Source: Acidimicrobiia bacterium (lineage in GTDB: Bacteria > Actinomycetota > Acidimicrobiia > Spongiisociales > ZC4RG35). From it: a stretch of DNA of 64,000 bases. Positions 1 through 8,172 of this stretch are shown piece after piece (position 1 is the first letter of the stretch; each line of letters begins with the position of its first letter). Where the stretch lies: positions 6,984 through 70,983 of the forward strand of contig DASZOM010000006.1 of the NCBI GenBank assembly GCA_035550735.1. Direction: 5' to 3'. The notes beneath the pieces were generated by a model. That model was not told where the DNA came from and searched no databases. It saw only the letters and a program-made list of their open reading frames with translations. The position numbers and the translations under genes were made by a program.

Positions 1-282
1 TACGTGCTCCAGGTGGGTCGTCTCGAATCCCCGCTACGGGCGCCGGAGCGTCTCCACGAGGCGGCTCTGATCTCTTTCGAAATCGCCCGACGTCACCGCT
101 TCGCCACCGCCATGGCCAACCTTCCCGAGGGCATCGAGGTCCACGTGCTCCCCACCGGGAGCCCGGTGGCTTGGGACGACCGTCGTCAGCTTCGTTGGAG
201 CGACACCGACGGGATCGCCGAGCGCATGGCCGGTGCCTATGCCGCCGCCACCGAGTATCTCGCGGAGACGGGCGTCGGTTGA
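1..282 (+). CDS. 3' end of a gene cut by the left window edge; possibly a patatin-like lipase C-terminus (weak)
   Basis: Open frame from the window edge to TGA at 280-282. The tail ...IEVHVLPTGSPVAWDDRRQLRW... recalls C-terminal regions of actinobacterial patatin-like proteins from memory only. Confidence 0.35.
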   Translation, partial: YVLQVGRLESPLRAPERLHEAALISFEIARRHRFATAMANLPEGIEVHVLPTGSPVAWDDRRQLRWSDTDGIAERMAGAYAAATEYLAETGVG

Positions 283-1328
283 GACCGCCTCCGAGGTTCA
301 TCCGAAGGCTCGTGATCGCTCCCGGCCTGGTGTTGGGGACCCTCGCCGTCACCGTGACACTTCCGCTGACCCTCATCGTTGCCGGATTTCTCTCCCGATA
401 TGTCCCGGGCAAGTGGCGCATCTTTCGCATCTTCTGGTTTCTGTTCCTCTACCTCCTGGTCGAGGCGGCGGTGCTGGCGATGGCGTTCTCCCTGTGGCTG
501 ATCTCGGGTTTCGGGTGGAGGATCCGTCATCCCTCGTTCGTCGATGCCCACTACTCGCTCCTGGCCTGGGCCCTGCGACGGATCGTCGCCTCGGCCAAGT
601 TCACGTTCAGGTTGCGGGTCCTGCGTGAGGATGCGCCCGTCGCCCGGAGCGGGGCGGCCCACGTCCGTCCGATCCTCGTTCTCAGCCGTCATGCCGGCCC
701 CGGTGACTCTTTCCTGCTCATGGATGGGATCGCCAACGGAGTAGGGCGCCGGCCCCGCATCGTCATGAAGGAGTTCCTGCAATGGGACCCGTCGGTCGAC
801 ATCCTGTTGAACCGGCTCCCTTCGGCCTTCGTGTCTACCGCCAAGGGGGAGCGGGAGGTCCTTCTCGAGACCATCGCCGACATGGCGGGGACGATGGGGC
901 CGGACGACGCCTTCGTGATCTTCCCCGAGGGGGGCAACTACACCCGGAAGCGCGCACTGCGCGCCATCGAGAAGCTTCGCGAGATCGGCAGGCCCGATCT
1001 GGCGGAGCGCGCCGCCGAGTTGCGGAACACGCTGCCACCTCGTTCCACCGGGGTCATGACCGCTCTCGCATCGGCGCCACCCGAGTCAGACGTCTACTTC
1101 GTCGGTCATGCCGGTCTCGAGACCTTTGTGACCGCGGGCGACATCTGGAGGGGCATCCCCACCGATACCAGTGTGGCGGTCCGGGTGTGGCATGTGCCCT
1201 CCGAGCTGATCCCCCCGGCGGACCGTCAGGAGGGTTGGCTCTTCGACATGTGGGCCGAGATCGACACGTGGATCACCGAGCGTCTCGAGCTCACCGAGGA
1301 GCCCTTCGACGATCCCGAGGCCTACTGA
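279..1328 (+). CDS. PlsC/LPLAT-family acyltransferase, membrane-anchored
   Basis: HX4D block (SRHAGPGDS) and FPEGGNYT block typical of lysophospholipid acyltransferases, with hydrophobic N-terminal segments. The ORF-track start at 171 overlaps the upstream gene by 112 nt; the in-frame TTG at 279, overlapping the upstream TGA, is the more plausible start. Start uncertain. Confidence 0.75.
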   Translation: MRPPPRFIRRLVIAPGLVLGTLAVTVTLPLTLIVAGFLSRYVPGKWRIFRIFWFLFLYLLVEAAVLAMAFSLWLISGFGWRIRHPSFVDAHYSLLAWALRRIVASAKFTFRLRVLREDAPVARSGAAHVRPILVLSRHAGPGDSFLLMDGIANGVGRRPRIVMKEFLQWDPSVDILLNRLPSAFVSTAKGEREVLLETIADMAGTMGPDDAFVIFPEGGNYTRKRALRAIEKLREIGRPDLAERAAELRNTLPPRSTGVMTALASAPPESDVYFVGHAGLETFVTAGDIWRGIPTDTSVAVRVWHVPSELIPPADRQEGWLFDMWAEIDTWITERLELTEEPFDDPEAY

Positions 1329-1924
1329 GCGGGCTGCAGCCACCCAGGCCGGTCGGCTTCGAAGGCGTCGATCGCCTCCTCGTGCTCCAGCGTCAGCCCG
1401 ATGGGGTCGAGCCCGCTCAGGAGTCGCTGCTTGACCTCCGGGTCGATCTCGAAGTCGACGACGAGGTCGGTGGTCTCCACCACCTGGCGTTCCAGGTCGA
1501 TGGTGACCACCGCGTCGGGGCTTCGTGCCACCTCGCAGAGGATGTTCACCACCTCCTCGGGCAACTCGACGGTGAGGAGCCCGTTGTTGGCCGAGTTGTT
1601 GCGGAAGATGTCGCCGAACGATGGTGCGATGACGGCATCGAAGCCCCAGTCCTGGATCGCCCATACCGCGTGCTCACGTGACGAGCCGCAGCCGAAGTTG
1701 CGCCCCGCCACGAGCACCTTGGAGCCCGCCCGCTTCGGGTCGTGGGTGAAGAAGTCGGAGCTCGGGCTGCCGTCATCGGTGGTCGCCCAGTCGTAGAACA
1801 GGAATTCGCCGTAACCGGTGCGCTCGATCCGCGTGAGGAATTGCTTGGGGATGATCTGGTCGGTGTCTATGTCGACCTGCGGGAGAGGGACCATTCGCCC
1901 CGAGACGACCGAGACCGGCTTCAT
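1322..1924 (-). CDS. leuD: 3-isopropylmalate dehydratase small subunit
   Basis: [30 protein letters not shown]... and [13 protein letters not shown] motifs. The ATG at 1924 overlaps the leuC stop (ATGA). The 243-aa track ORF has a spurious 43-aa extension. Confidence 0.93.
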   Translation of the reverse strand: MKPVSVVSGRMVPLPQVDIDTDQIIPKQFLTRIERTGYGEFLFYDWATTDDGSPSSDFFTHDPKRAGSKVLVAGRNFGCGSSREHAVWAIQDWGFDAVIAPSFGDIFRNNSANNGLLTVELPEEVVNILCEVARSPDAVVTIDLERQVVETTDLVVDFEIDPEVKQRLLSGLDPIGLTLEHEEAIDAFEADRPGWLQPAQ

Positions 1925-3318
1925 TGCCACTCCCTGACGTCTACCAACCGCCCGGCCACGGCTGCGGCCGCCGCCATCGCCGGGCTCATCAGATGGGTGC
2001 GGGCACCACGTCCCTGCCGTCCCTCGAAGTTGCGATTCGACGTGGATGCGCACCGCTCGCCGGCCGGGATCACGTCGTCGTTCATGGCGAGGCAGCTGGA
2101 GCAGCCCGCCTCACGCCACGAGAACCCGGCAGCCTCGAATATCTCATCGAGCCCCTCCATCTCGGCTTGCGCCTTGACCTGCATCGAGCCCGGCACCACC
2201 ACGGCGTTGACTCTGCTTGCGACCCTCCTTCCCGCCACCACCTTGGCCGCACGGCGCAAGTCCTCGATGCGCCCGTTGGTGCACGATCCGATGAAGACAT
2301 GGTCGATCTCGATGTCCGTGAGTGGAACCCCGGGTTTGAGGGCCATGTATTGCAGAGCGCGGGCCACCGAGTCACGCTCCATCGGGTCGGTGAAGGCGTC
2401 CGGGTCGGGCACCGACGCCGTGATCGGAGCGGTCTGGCCGGGATTGATCCCCCAGCTCACATGGGGCACCAGCGCGGCTGCATCGATGTGGTGAGTGGTG
2501 TCGAATCGGGCATCGGAATCGGTGGACAGACTCGACCAGTGCTCCACGGCGGCGTCCCAGGCGTCTCCCTTGGGGGCCTGGGGACGTCCCTCCAGGTAGT
2601 CGAAGGTGGTCTGATCGGGGGCGATCATCCCGGCGCGGGCGCCGCCCTCGATCGACATGTTGCACACGGTCATCCTCTCCTCCATGGAGAGGCCGCGGAT
2701 CGCCTCGCCCCGGTACTCGATGACGTGGCCCAGGCCCGCACCAACACCGAGCCGAGAGATCATTCCGAGGATCAGGTCCTTGGCGGTGACGCCCTGGGGG
2801 AGAGGACCATCGAACTCCACAGACATCGTCCTGGGCCGCTTCTGCCACAGGGTCTGGGTGGCGAGGACGTGCTCGACCTCCGAGGTGCCGATTCCGAAGG
2901 CGAGCGCCCCGAATGCCCCGTGCGTCGAGGTGTGGCTGTCGCCACACACGATGACCTTGCCCGGCTGGGTGTAGCCGTTCTCCGGACCGACCACATGGAC
3001 GATGCCTTGCCTCGGGTCGTCGAGGTCGAAGAACGTGATGCCGTGGTTCGCCGTGTTGCGCCGCAAGGCGTCGACCTGCTTCTTCGACTGCGGGTCCCGG
3101 ATGCCGAGGGATCTGCCCGTGGTCGGGATGGCGTGGTCGACCGTGGCGACGGTCAGGTCCGGTCTGCGGACTTTGCGACCAGCCAGGTCAAGGCCGGCGA
3201 ATGCCTGCGGCGACGTGACCTCGTGGACGAGATGGAGGTCGACGTAGAGCAGGCTCGGGTCGTCACCGGTGACCACATGGCCTTCCCACACCTTCTCGAA
3301 CAGAGTCCGACCGCTCAT
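1921..3318 (-). CDS. leuC: 3-isopropylmalate dehydratase large subunit
   Basis: Aconitase-family blocks ([28 protein letters not shown]). Start overlaps the leuB stop (ATGA). Confidence 0.95.
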   Translation of the reverse strand: MSGRTLFEKVWEGHVVTGDDPSLLYVDLHLVHEVTSPQAFAGLDLAGRKVRRPDLTVATVDHAIPTTGRSLGIRDPQSKKQVDALRRNTANHGITFFDLDDPRQGIVHVVGPENGYTQPGKVIVCGDSHTSTHGAFGALAFGIGTSEVEHVLATQTLWQKRPRTMSVEFDGPLPQGVTAKDLILGMISRLGVGAGLGHVIEYRGEAIRGLSMEERMTVCNMSIEGGARAGMIAPDQTTFDYLEGRPQAPKGDAWDAAVEHWSSLSTDSDARFDTTHHIDAAALVPHVSWGINPGQTAPITASVPDPDAFTDPMERDSVARALQYMALKPGVPLTDIEIDHVFIGSCTNGRIEDLRRAAKVVAGRRVASRVNAVVVPGSMQVKAQAEMEGLDEIFEAAGFSWREAGCSSCLAMNDDVIPAGERCASTSNRNFEGRQGRGARTHLMSPAMAAAAAVAGRLVDVREWQ

Positions 3319-4385
3319 GACACTTCGACAGGTGTGCCGACTCGTGCCGCCACCCGGTCGCCGACCTCGGAGGTGCTTGCGCCCATCTCTCCGGCACGCA
3401 GCGACGGGAGCTCACCCGCCACGGCAGCCACCGCCGCGCCGACCGAGTCGGCTGCCTCCTGCTCGCCTAGGTGGCGGAGCATCATGCCGGCCGCCCCGAT
3501 CGCGGCCAGGGGATTGATCTTCCCTGTGCCTTCGAATCCGGGGGCGGTGCCGCCGATGGGCTCGAACATGGACACGCCCTGCGGATTCACGTTGGCGCCG
3601 GAGGCGATACCCATGCCACCCTGGATGGCAGCCGCCAGGTCGGTGATGATGTCCCCGAACATGTTGTCGCTGACTATGACGTCGAAGCGGCCCGGGTCCT
3701 CGACCATCCAAAGACAGGTGGCGTCGACGTGGGCGTAGGCCGTCTCGACGTCGTCGTATTCCTCTGAGACCTCGGCGAAGACCCGCGCCCAGAGATCCCA
3801 CGCGTACTTGAGGACGTTGGTCTTTCCGCAGAGAGTGACGTGCCGACGCGGCCGGGTGCGGGCGAGCTCGAAGGCGTATCGGACGCATCTCTCCACACCG
3901 TGTCTCGTGTTGACCGACTCCTGCACGGCCACCTCGTAGGCCGTGCCCTTGGCGGTGAAGCCGCCCTTGTCCACATAGAGGCCCTCGCTGTTCTCCCGGA
4001 CCACGACGAAGTCGATGTCGTCGGGGGTGACCGCCCCCAGAGGGCTCTTGACGCCGGGATGGAGCTTGACCGGTCGCAGATTGATGTACTGGCCGAGCTC
4101 GCGGCGCATCCTGAGCAGGATGTCCTGTTCCAGGATGCCCGGCGCGACCTCGGGGTGGCCGATTGCTCCGAAGAGGATCGCGTCCGAGCCGCGGAAACCT
4201 TCGAGATCCTCCTCGGTCAGTGTCTCGCCGGTGCGTATATAGCGCTCACCACCCAGATCGGAGCGGGTGAGCTCGAATTCGATCCCATGACCGGATGACG
4301 TCGCAACGAGCACCTTCTCCGCCTCCGCCACGACTTCGGGCCCGGTCCCGTCGCCGGGCACGACCGCGATCCGGTATGCGGTCAT
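3315..4385 (-). CDS. leuB: 3-isopropylmalate dehydrogenase
   Basis: [14 protein letters not shown]-terminus, NLRP and [10 protein letters not shown] blocks of isocitrate/isopropylmalate dehydrogenases. Sits upstream of leuCD. Confidence 0.9.
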   Translation of the reverse strand: MTAYRIAVVPGDGTGPEVVAEAEKVLVATSSGHGIEFELTRSDLGGERYIRTGETLTEEDLEGFRGSDAILFGAIGHPEVAPGILEQDILLRMRRELGQYINLRPVKLHPGVKSPLGAVTPDDIDFVVVRENSEGLYVDKGGFTAKGTAYEVAVQESVNTRHGVERCVRYAFELARTRPRRHVTLCGKTNVLKYAWDLWARVFAEVSEEYDDVETAYAHVDATCLWMVEDPGRFDVIVSDNMFGDIITDLAAAIQGGMGIASGANVNPQGVSMFEPIGGTAPGFEGTGKINPLAAIGAAGMMLRHLGEQEAADSVGAAVAAVAGELPSLRAGEMGASTSEVGDRVAARVGTPVEVS

Positions 4386-4627
4386 CTGAAGGTGTCGGTT
4401 ACTTCCTGGAAGGTCTCCATGCCGGAGACGACCTCGTCGACGATGGCCTGCACCCGAGGTGCGGAGACCTGGCCGTCGCGGTCGGCAGCGCTCTTGGTTC
4501 GGGCAAAGGCACGCTCGAACGAAGAGGACGCGAGCGACACGCCCATCTCGTCGAGGGCATGGCGGAAGGCCGCGCGCTGCTCGCCATCCTTCATTGCTTG
4601 GCTGAGGGTGATTGGCTTGGGTGTCAT
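4382..4627 (-). CDS. hypothetical 81-aa acidic protein embedded between ilvN and leuB
   Basis: GC-rich third codon positions like its neighbours. Stop overlaps the leuB ATG (ATGA). No family recognised. Confidence 0.55.
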   Translation of the reverse strand: MTPKPITLSQAMKDGEQRAAFRHALDEMGVSLASSSFERAFARTKSAADRDGQVSAPRVQAIVDEVVSGMETFQEVTDTFR

Positions 4628-4670
4628 TGGTTGCTCTCTGTTTCCTGGGTGTGTTGTTCGAGTCGACGTC

Positions 4671-5174
4671 TCACGCTTGGCCTACCACCGCACGGGGGAC
4701 TTCGGACAGCTTCTTCATCGCCACCCGGCCCGACTTGACCAGGTCGACGATTCCGTAGGGACGCATGTGCTCGAGAAACGAGGCGAGCTGGTCCGGTGAG
4801 CCCGCCACCTCGAAGGTGATCGAATTCGGTGCGAGGTCGATCATCCGGGCGCCGAAGAGCCCGGCGGTGTCGCTCACCTCGCCGCGGTTCACCGGGTCGC
4901 AGGCGACCCTTGCGATCATCACTTCGCTCTCCAGGGCGTCGTTTCGATCGAGCTCGGTGACCTTGATCACGTTGACCAGCTTGTGGAGCTGCTTCTTCAA
5001 CTGCTCCAACTCCGGAGCGTCCACCACCAGCGTGATGTGGGACCGACCCGGGACATGGGTCGGGCCGACCGCGAGGGAGTGGATGTTGAACCCTCGGTTG
5101 GAGAACATCGCCGATACCCGGGCGAGGACACCCGGCTTGTCCTCGACGATCACGGAGAGGGTGTGATGGCTCAC
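4671..5174 (-). CDS. ilvN: acetolactate synthase small (regulatory) subunit
   Basis: HTLSVIVEDKPGVLARVSAMFSNRGFNIHSLAVGPT is an ACT domain. The GTG at 5174 overlaps the ilvB stop (GTGA); the track start at 5237 would overlap ilvB by 67 nt. Confidence 0.9.
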   Translation of the reverse strand: MSHHTLSVIVEDKPGVLARVSAMFSNRGFNIHSLAVGPTHVPGRSHITLVVDAPELEQLKKQLHKLVNVIKVTELDRNDALESEVMIARVACDPVNRGEVSDTAGLFGARMIDLAPNSITFEVAGSPDQLASFLEHMRPYGIVDLVKSGRVAMKKLSEVPRAVVGQA

Positions 5175-6889
5175 AGATCTTCCTTGCTCATCACGATCAC
5201 GTCGTTGGAGGCGCCGGCCGGCACCATCGGGAAGCACATCTCATCCCGGTCACAGACCACCTCGAGGACCACCGGGCGGTCGTCGATGCTCAAGGCCTTG
5301 TCGATGGCGCTGTCGATCTCGGCGGGATGGTCGACACGCAGCCCGGCACACCCCATCGCCTCGGCGAGCTTCGGGTAGTCGGGCACGGTCGTGCCCAGAT
5401 CCACTGCGGAGAGACGGCCGCCGTAGAAGAGGTTCTGCCACTGCTTGACCATGCCGTAGCCGCCGTTGTTGAAGACCACCACCTTCACCGGGATGTCCTC
5501 GGTGGCGGCCGTGATCAGCTCCTGGACGGTCATCTGGAAGCATCCGTCCCCGTCGAGGGCGAGGACCAGCTGGTCGGGAAGGGCGGCCTTGGCGCCGATG
5601 GCTGCGGGCACGGCGAACCCCATCGTCCCCAGTCCGCCGGAGTTGATCCAAGTCCCCGGTCGCTGGAAGCCCCAGAACTGAGAGGCCCACATCTGATGCT
5701 GGCCGACACCGGACACGACGACCGCCTCGCCACCCGTGATCGCGTGGAGCCGCTCGATGAAGTGCTGGGTCTTGATGGGGCCGTCCTCCGGCTGGTCGTA
5801 GCCGAGCGGCTTCTCCTTCTGCCAGGCTCCGAGCTGGTTCAGCCACTCCCTGCGATTGGGGGCGGCCGCCCCGTCTCTGGATGCCATCAGACGGGCGTGC
5901 AAGGCCTCGATGACGAGCCTGGCGTCGCCCACGATCGGCACGTCTGCCTGACGGACCTTCCCGATCTCGGCGGGGTCCACGTCGACGTGGATGACCTTGG
6001 CGTGTGGTGCGAAGGAGGACACCTCGCCGGTGACACGGTCGTCGAAGCGAGCGCCCAGGCTGACCAGGACGTCGCAACGCTGGATCGCTGTGGTGGCCGT
6101 GTAGGTGCCGTGCATCCCGGGCATCCCCAATGCGAGCGGGTGATCGTCGGGGAAGGCGCCCCTAGCCATGAGCGTGGTCACCACCGGGGCATTGGCCGCC
6201 TCGGCGAAGGCGCGGAGCGCCTCGCCTGCGCCAGCGCGGATGACCCCGCCACCGACGTAGAGCACCGGGCGCTCGGCCGACTCGATGAGCTCGACGGCCG
6301 CCTTCACCTGCCGGGGGTGGCCGTGGGCGGTGGGGCGGTAGCCGGGGAGGCCGGCCAGGGTCGGCTCGGACCAGGCCGTGGCCTGGTTGAGCACGTCCTT
6401 GGGGATGTCGACCAGGACGGGGCCGGGACGGCCGGTCGCGGCGATGTGGAATGCCTCGTGGATCACATCGGGGATGTGGTCGGCGTCGGTCACCAGATAG
6501 GAGTGCTTCGTGCAGTGCATGGCGAGGCCGGTGGTGTAGGCCTCCTGGAACGCGTCACTCCCGATCGCGGAGGTGCCCACCTGGCCCGTGATGGCGACCA
6601 GCGGGGTCGAGTCCATCTTCGCGTTCTGGAGGGGTGTGATGAGGTTGGTTGCCCCTGGCCCGGAGGTGGCCATAGCCACACCCACCCTGCCGGTCGCCAT
6701 CGCGTAGCCCTCGGCCATGTGGCCGGCACCCTGCTCGTGACGTGCCAACACGTGACGTATCGGACTGTCCAGCAGGGGGTCGTAGGCAGGGAGTATCGCC
6801 CCGCCGGGAACCCCGAAGATCAGCTCCACTCCCTCGTGCTCGAGGCTCTCGAGGAGTGAGTGTGATCCGGTATAAGGCTGTGAAGTCAT
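5171..6889 (-). CDS. ilvB: acetolactate synthase large subunit
   Basis: ThDP-enzyme blocks (GGLGTMGFAVPAAIGA, DGDGCFQM), N-terminus MTSQPYTGSHSLLESLEHEGV. The ATG at 6889 is chosen because the longer track ORF (start 6943) runs through the terminator hairpin. Confidence 0.93.
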   Translation of the reverse strand: MTSQPYTGSHSLLESLEHEGVELIFGVPGGAILPAYDPLLDSPIRHVLARHEQGAGHMAEGYAMATGRVGVAMATSGPGATNLITPLQNAKMDSTPLVAITGQVGTSAIGSDAFQEAYTTGLAMHCTKHSYLVTDADHIPDVIHEAFHIAATGRPGPVLVDIPKDVLNQATAWSEPTLAGLPGYRPTAHGHPRQVKAAVELIESAERPVLYVGGGVIRAGAGEALRAFAEAANAPVVTTLMARGAFPDDHPLALGMPGMHGTYTATTAIQRCDVLVSLGARFDDRVTGEVSSFAPHAKVIHVDVDPAEIGKVRQADVPIVGDARLVIEALHARLMASRDGAAAPNRREWLNQLGAWQKEKPLGYDQPEDGPIKTQHFIERLHAITGGEAVVVSGVGQHQMWASQFWGFQRPGTWINSGGLGTMGFAVPAAIGAKAALPDQLVLALDGDGCFQMTVQELITAATEDIPVKVVVFNNGGYGMVKQWQNLFYGGRLSAVDLGTTVPDYPKLAEAMGCAGLRVDHPAEIDSAIDKALSIDDRPVVLEVVCDRDEMCFPMVPAGASNDVIVMSKEDL

Positions 6890-6908
6890 CTGATTCCGTT
6901 CTGGGTAC

Positions 6909-6933
6909 AAAAAACCCCCCGGTGGCCGGAGGG
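6909..6933 (-). terminator. intrinsic terminator of the ilvB attenuator
   Basis: Minus-strand RNA reads CCCUCCGG-CCA-CCGGGGGG followed by UUUUUU. This is an 8-bp GC stem with one G.U pair, ending 19 nt before the ilvB ATG. Confidence 0.6.
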
Positions 6934-6936
6934 TTG

Positions 6937-6965
6937 AGCGCACGCAGGACTTAGCTGCGTGCGCT
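6937..6965 (-). promoter_or_regulatory. 11-bp perfect hairpin of the ilvB leader
   Basis: AGCGCACGCAG-7 nt loop-CUGCGUGCGCU. The 5' arm starts inside the leader-peptide stop codon. Confidence 0.5.
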
Positions 6966-7020
6966 ACTCAATGAGGAGTACGACGAGCGCGGTGCTGGCG
7001 GCGTTGACTGTCTTTCTCAT
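6964..7020 (-). CDS. ilvB leader peptide, 18 aa: MRKTVNAASTALVVLLIE
   Basis: Read directly: ATG AGA AAG ACA GTC AAC GCC GCC AGC ACC GCG CTC GTC GTA CTC CTC ATT GAG TAG. Contains six consecutive Leu/Val/Ile codons and is followed by the hairpin and terminator. Too short to appear in the ORF track. Confidence 0.6.
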   Translation of the reverse strand: MRKTVNAASTALVVLLIE

Positions 7021-7033
7021 CGCTGAATCGTGG

Positions 7034-7063
7034 AGTATCGCGGTTATCGGCAGGCAATGTCAA
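7034..7063 (-). promoter_or_regulatory. candidate sigma-70-type promoter for the ilv leader
   Basis: Minus strand reads TTGACA (7063-7058), 18 nt spacer, GATACT (7039-7034). The -10 lies 13 nt before the leader ATG, implying a very short or absent 5' UTR. Confidence 0.35.
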
Positions 7064-7070
7064 GACATTG
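7055..7070. promoter_or_regulatory. 7-2-7 perfect palindrome CAATGTC-AA-GACATTG over the -35 element
   Basis: Seen directly in the sequence. Its position suggests an operator; the binding protein is unknown. Confidence 0.3.
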
Positions 7071-7101
7071 ACCGGTTCCGTGACGAGCAACCGCGCTGGT
7101 G

Positions 7102-7125
7102 GTGAGTCGGCTTACAGCGACTCGC
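7102..7125 (-). terminator. weak hairpin just after the ilvC stop
   Basis: GTGAGTCG-8 nt-CGACTCGC (8-bp stem with one mismatch), no U-tract. Confidence 0.25.
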
Positions 7126-8130
7126 TCAAGGGGCGGTCTTCGGCTCCAGGAAGGGCATCAGGCCGCGAAGCTCGGCGCCGACCTGCTCGATCTGGTGGGC
7201 GCGGTTGGCGGCCCGCTGCTCGAAGAGGAACGGGGCACCTTCTCGTGCCTGTGCCAGCCACTCGGCCGCGAACGCCCCGTTCCGGATCTCGGAGAGGATC
7301 TTCTTCATCTCGGCCCGGGTCTCCTCGGTGACGATGCGACTCCCCCTCGTGTAGTCGCCGTATTCGGCGGTGTCCGACACCGAGTACCGCATCCACGACA
7401 ACCCGCCCTCGTAGAGCAGGTCGACGATGAGCTTCAACTCGTGCAACGTCTCGAAATACGCGGACTCGGGCTGATACCCGGCTTCGACCAGCGTCTCGAA
7501 TGACGCCTTGATCAGCTCGGCGACCCCACCACAGAGGATCACCTGCTCGCCGAAGAGGTCCGTCTCCGTCTCCTCCTGGAACGTGGTCTCCAGGATCCCC
7601 GCACGCCCGCCACCGAGGGCGGATGCATAGGAGAGAGCGAGGGCGAGGGCGCTGCCCGAGGCGTCCTGATGGATGGCGACGAGACAGGGGACACCCGAGC
7701 CTTGCTCATAGGTGCGGCGCACCAGGTGCCCGGGCCCCTTTGGAGCGATCATCGACACGTCGACGTCATCGGGTGCTTCGATCGCCCCGAAGTGGATGTT
7801 GAAGCCGTGGGCGAACATCAGGGTGTCGCCCGCCTCGAGCCCGGGGGCGACGTCCTCTGCGTAGATCGAGGCCATGACCTGGTCGGGGACCAGCATCATT
7901 ATCACATCGGCCACCCCCACCGCCTCGGCGACGGGTAGCACGGCCAGACCCGCCTCCCTGGCCGCTTCGGCGCTCGCCGATTCGGGCCGAAGGCCCACGA
8001 CCACGTCGACCCCCGATTCGGCGAGGTTGCGGGCGTGGGCGTGGCCCTGGCTTCCGAAGCCGATGATGGCGACTCTGTGGCCCTTGATGAGATCGGGGTC
8101 GCAATCGCTGTCGTAGTAGATCGTGGCCAT
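7126..8130 (-). CDS. ilvC: ketol-acid reductoisomerase
   Basis: [11 protein letters not shown]..., [15 protein letters not shown] Rossmann motif, full-length class I KARI. The ATG at 8130 matches the family N-terminus better than the track start at 8166. Confidence 0.93.
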   Translation of the reverse strand: MATIYYDSDCDPDLIKGHRVAIIGFGSQGHAHARNLAESGVDVVVGLRPESASAEAAREAGLAVLPVAEAVGVADVIMMLVPDQVMASIYAEDVAPGLEAGDTLMFAHGFNIHFGAIEAPDDVDVSMIAPKGPGHLVRRTYEQGSGVPCLVAIHQDASGSALALALSYASALGGGRAGILETTFQEETETDLFGEQVILCGGVAELIKASFETLVEAGYQPESAYFETLHELKLIVDLLYEGGLSWMRYSVSDTAEYGDYTRGSRIVTEETRAEMKKILSEIRNGAFAAEWLAQAREGAPFLFEQRAANRAHQIEQVGAELRGLMPFLEPKTAP

Positions 8131-8172
8131 TTCCGGATTGTGGTCGACCCGATCGGCCCCGGCCAAATGAGC

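Noticed and set aside
1924-3738. 604-aa plus-strand ORF across leuC/leuB
   Set aside because: It is antisense to two genes with unmistakable family motifs. Its product is Arg/Gly/His-rich low-complexity, typical of high-GC shadow frames.
6890-6943. Upstream extension of ilvB (track start 6943, MRSTLRPPGGFLYPERNQ...)
   Set aside because: The extension is read through the terminator stem and U-tract of the attenuator. The conserved AHAS N-terminus begins at the ATG at 6889.
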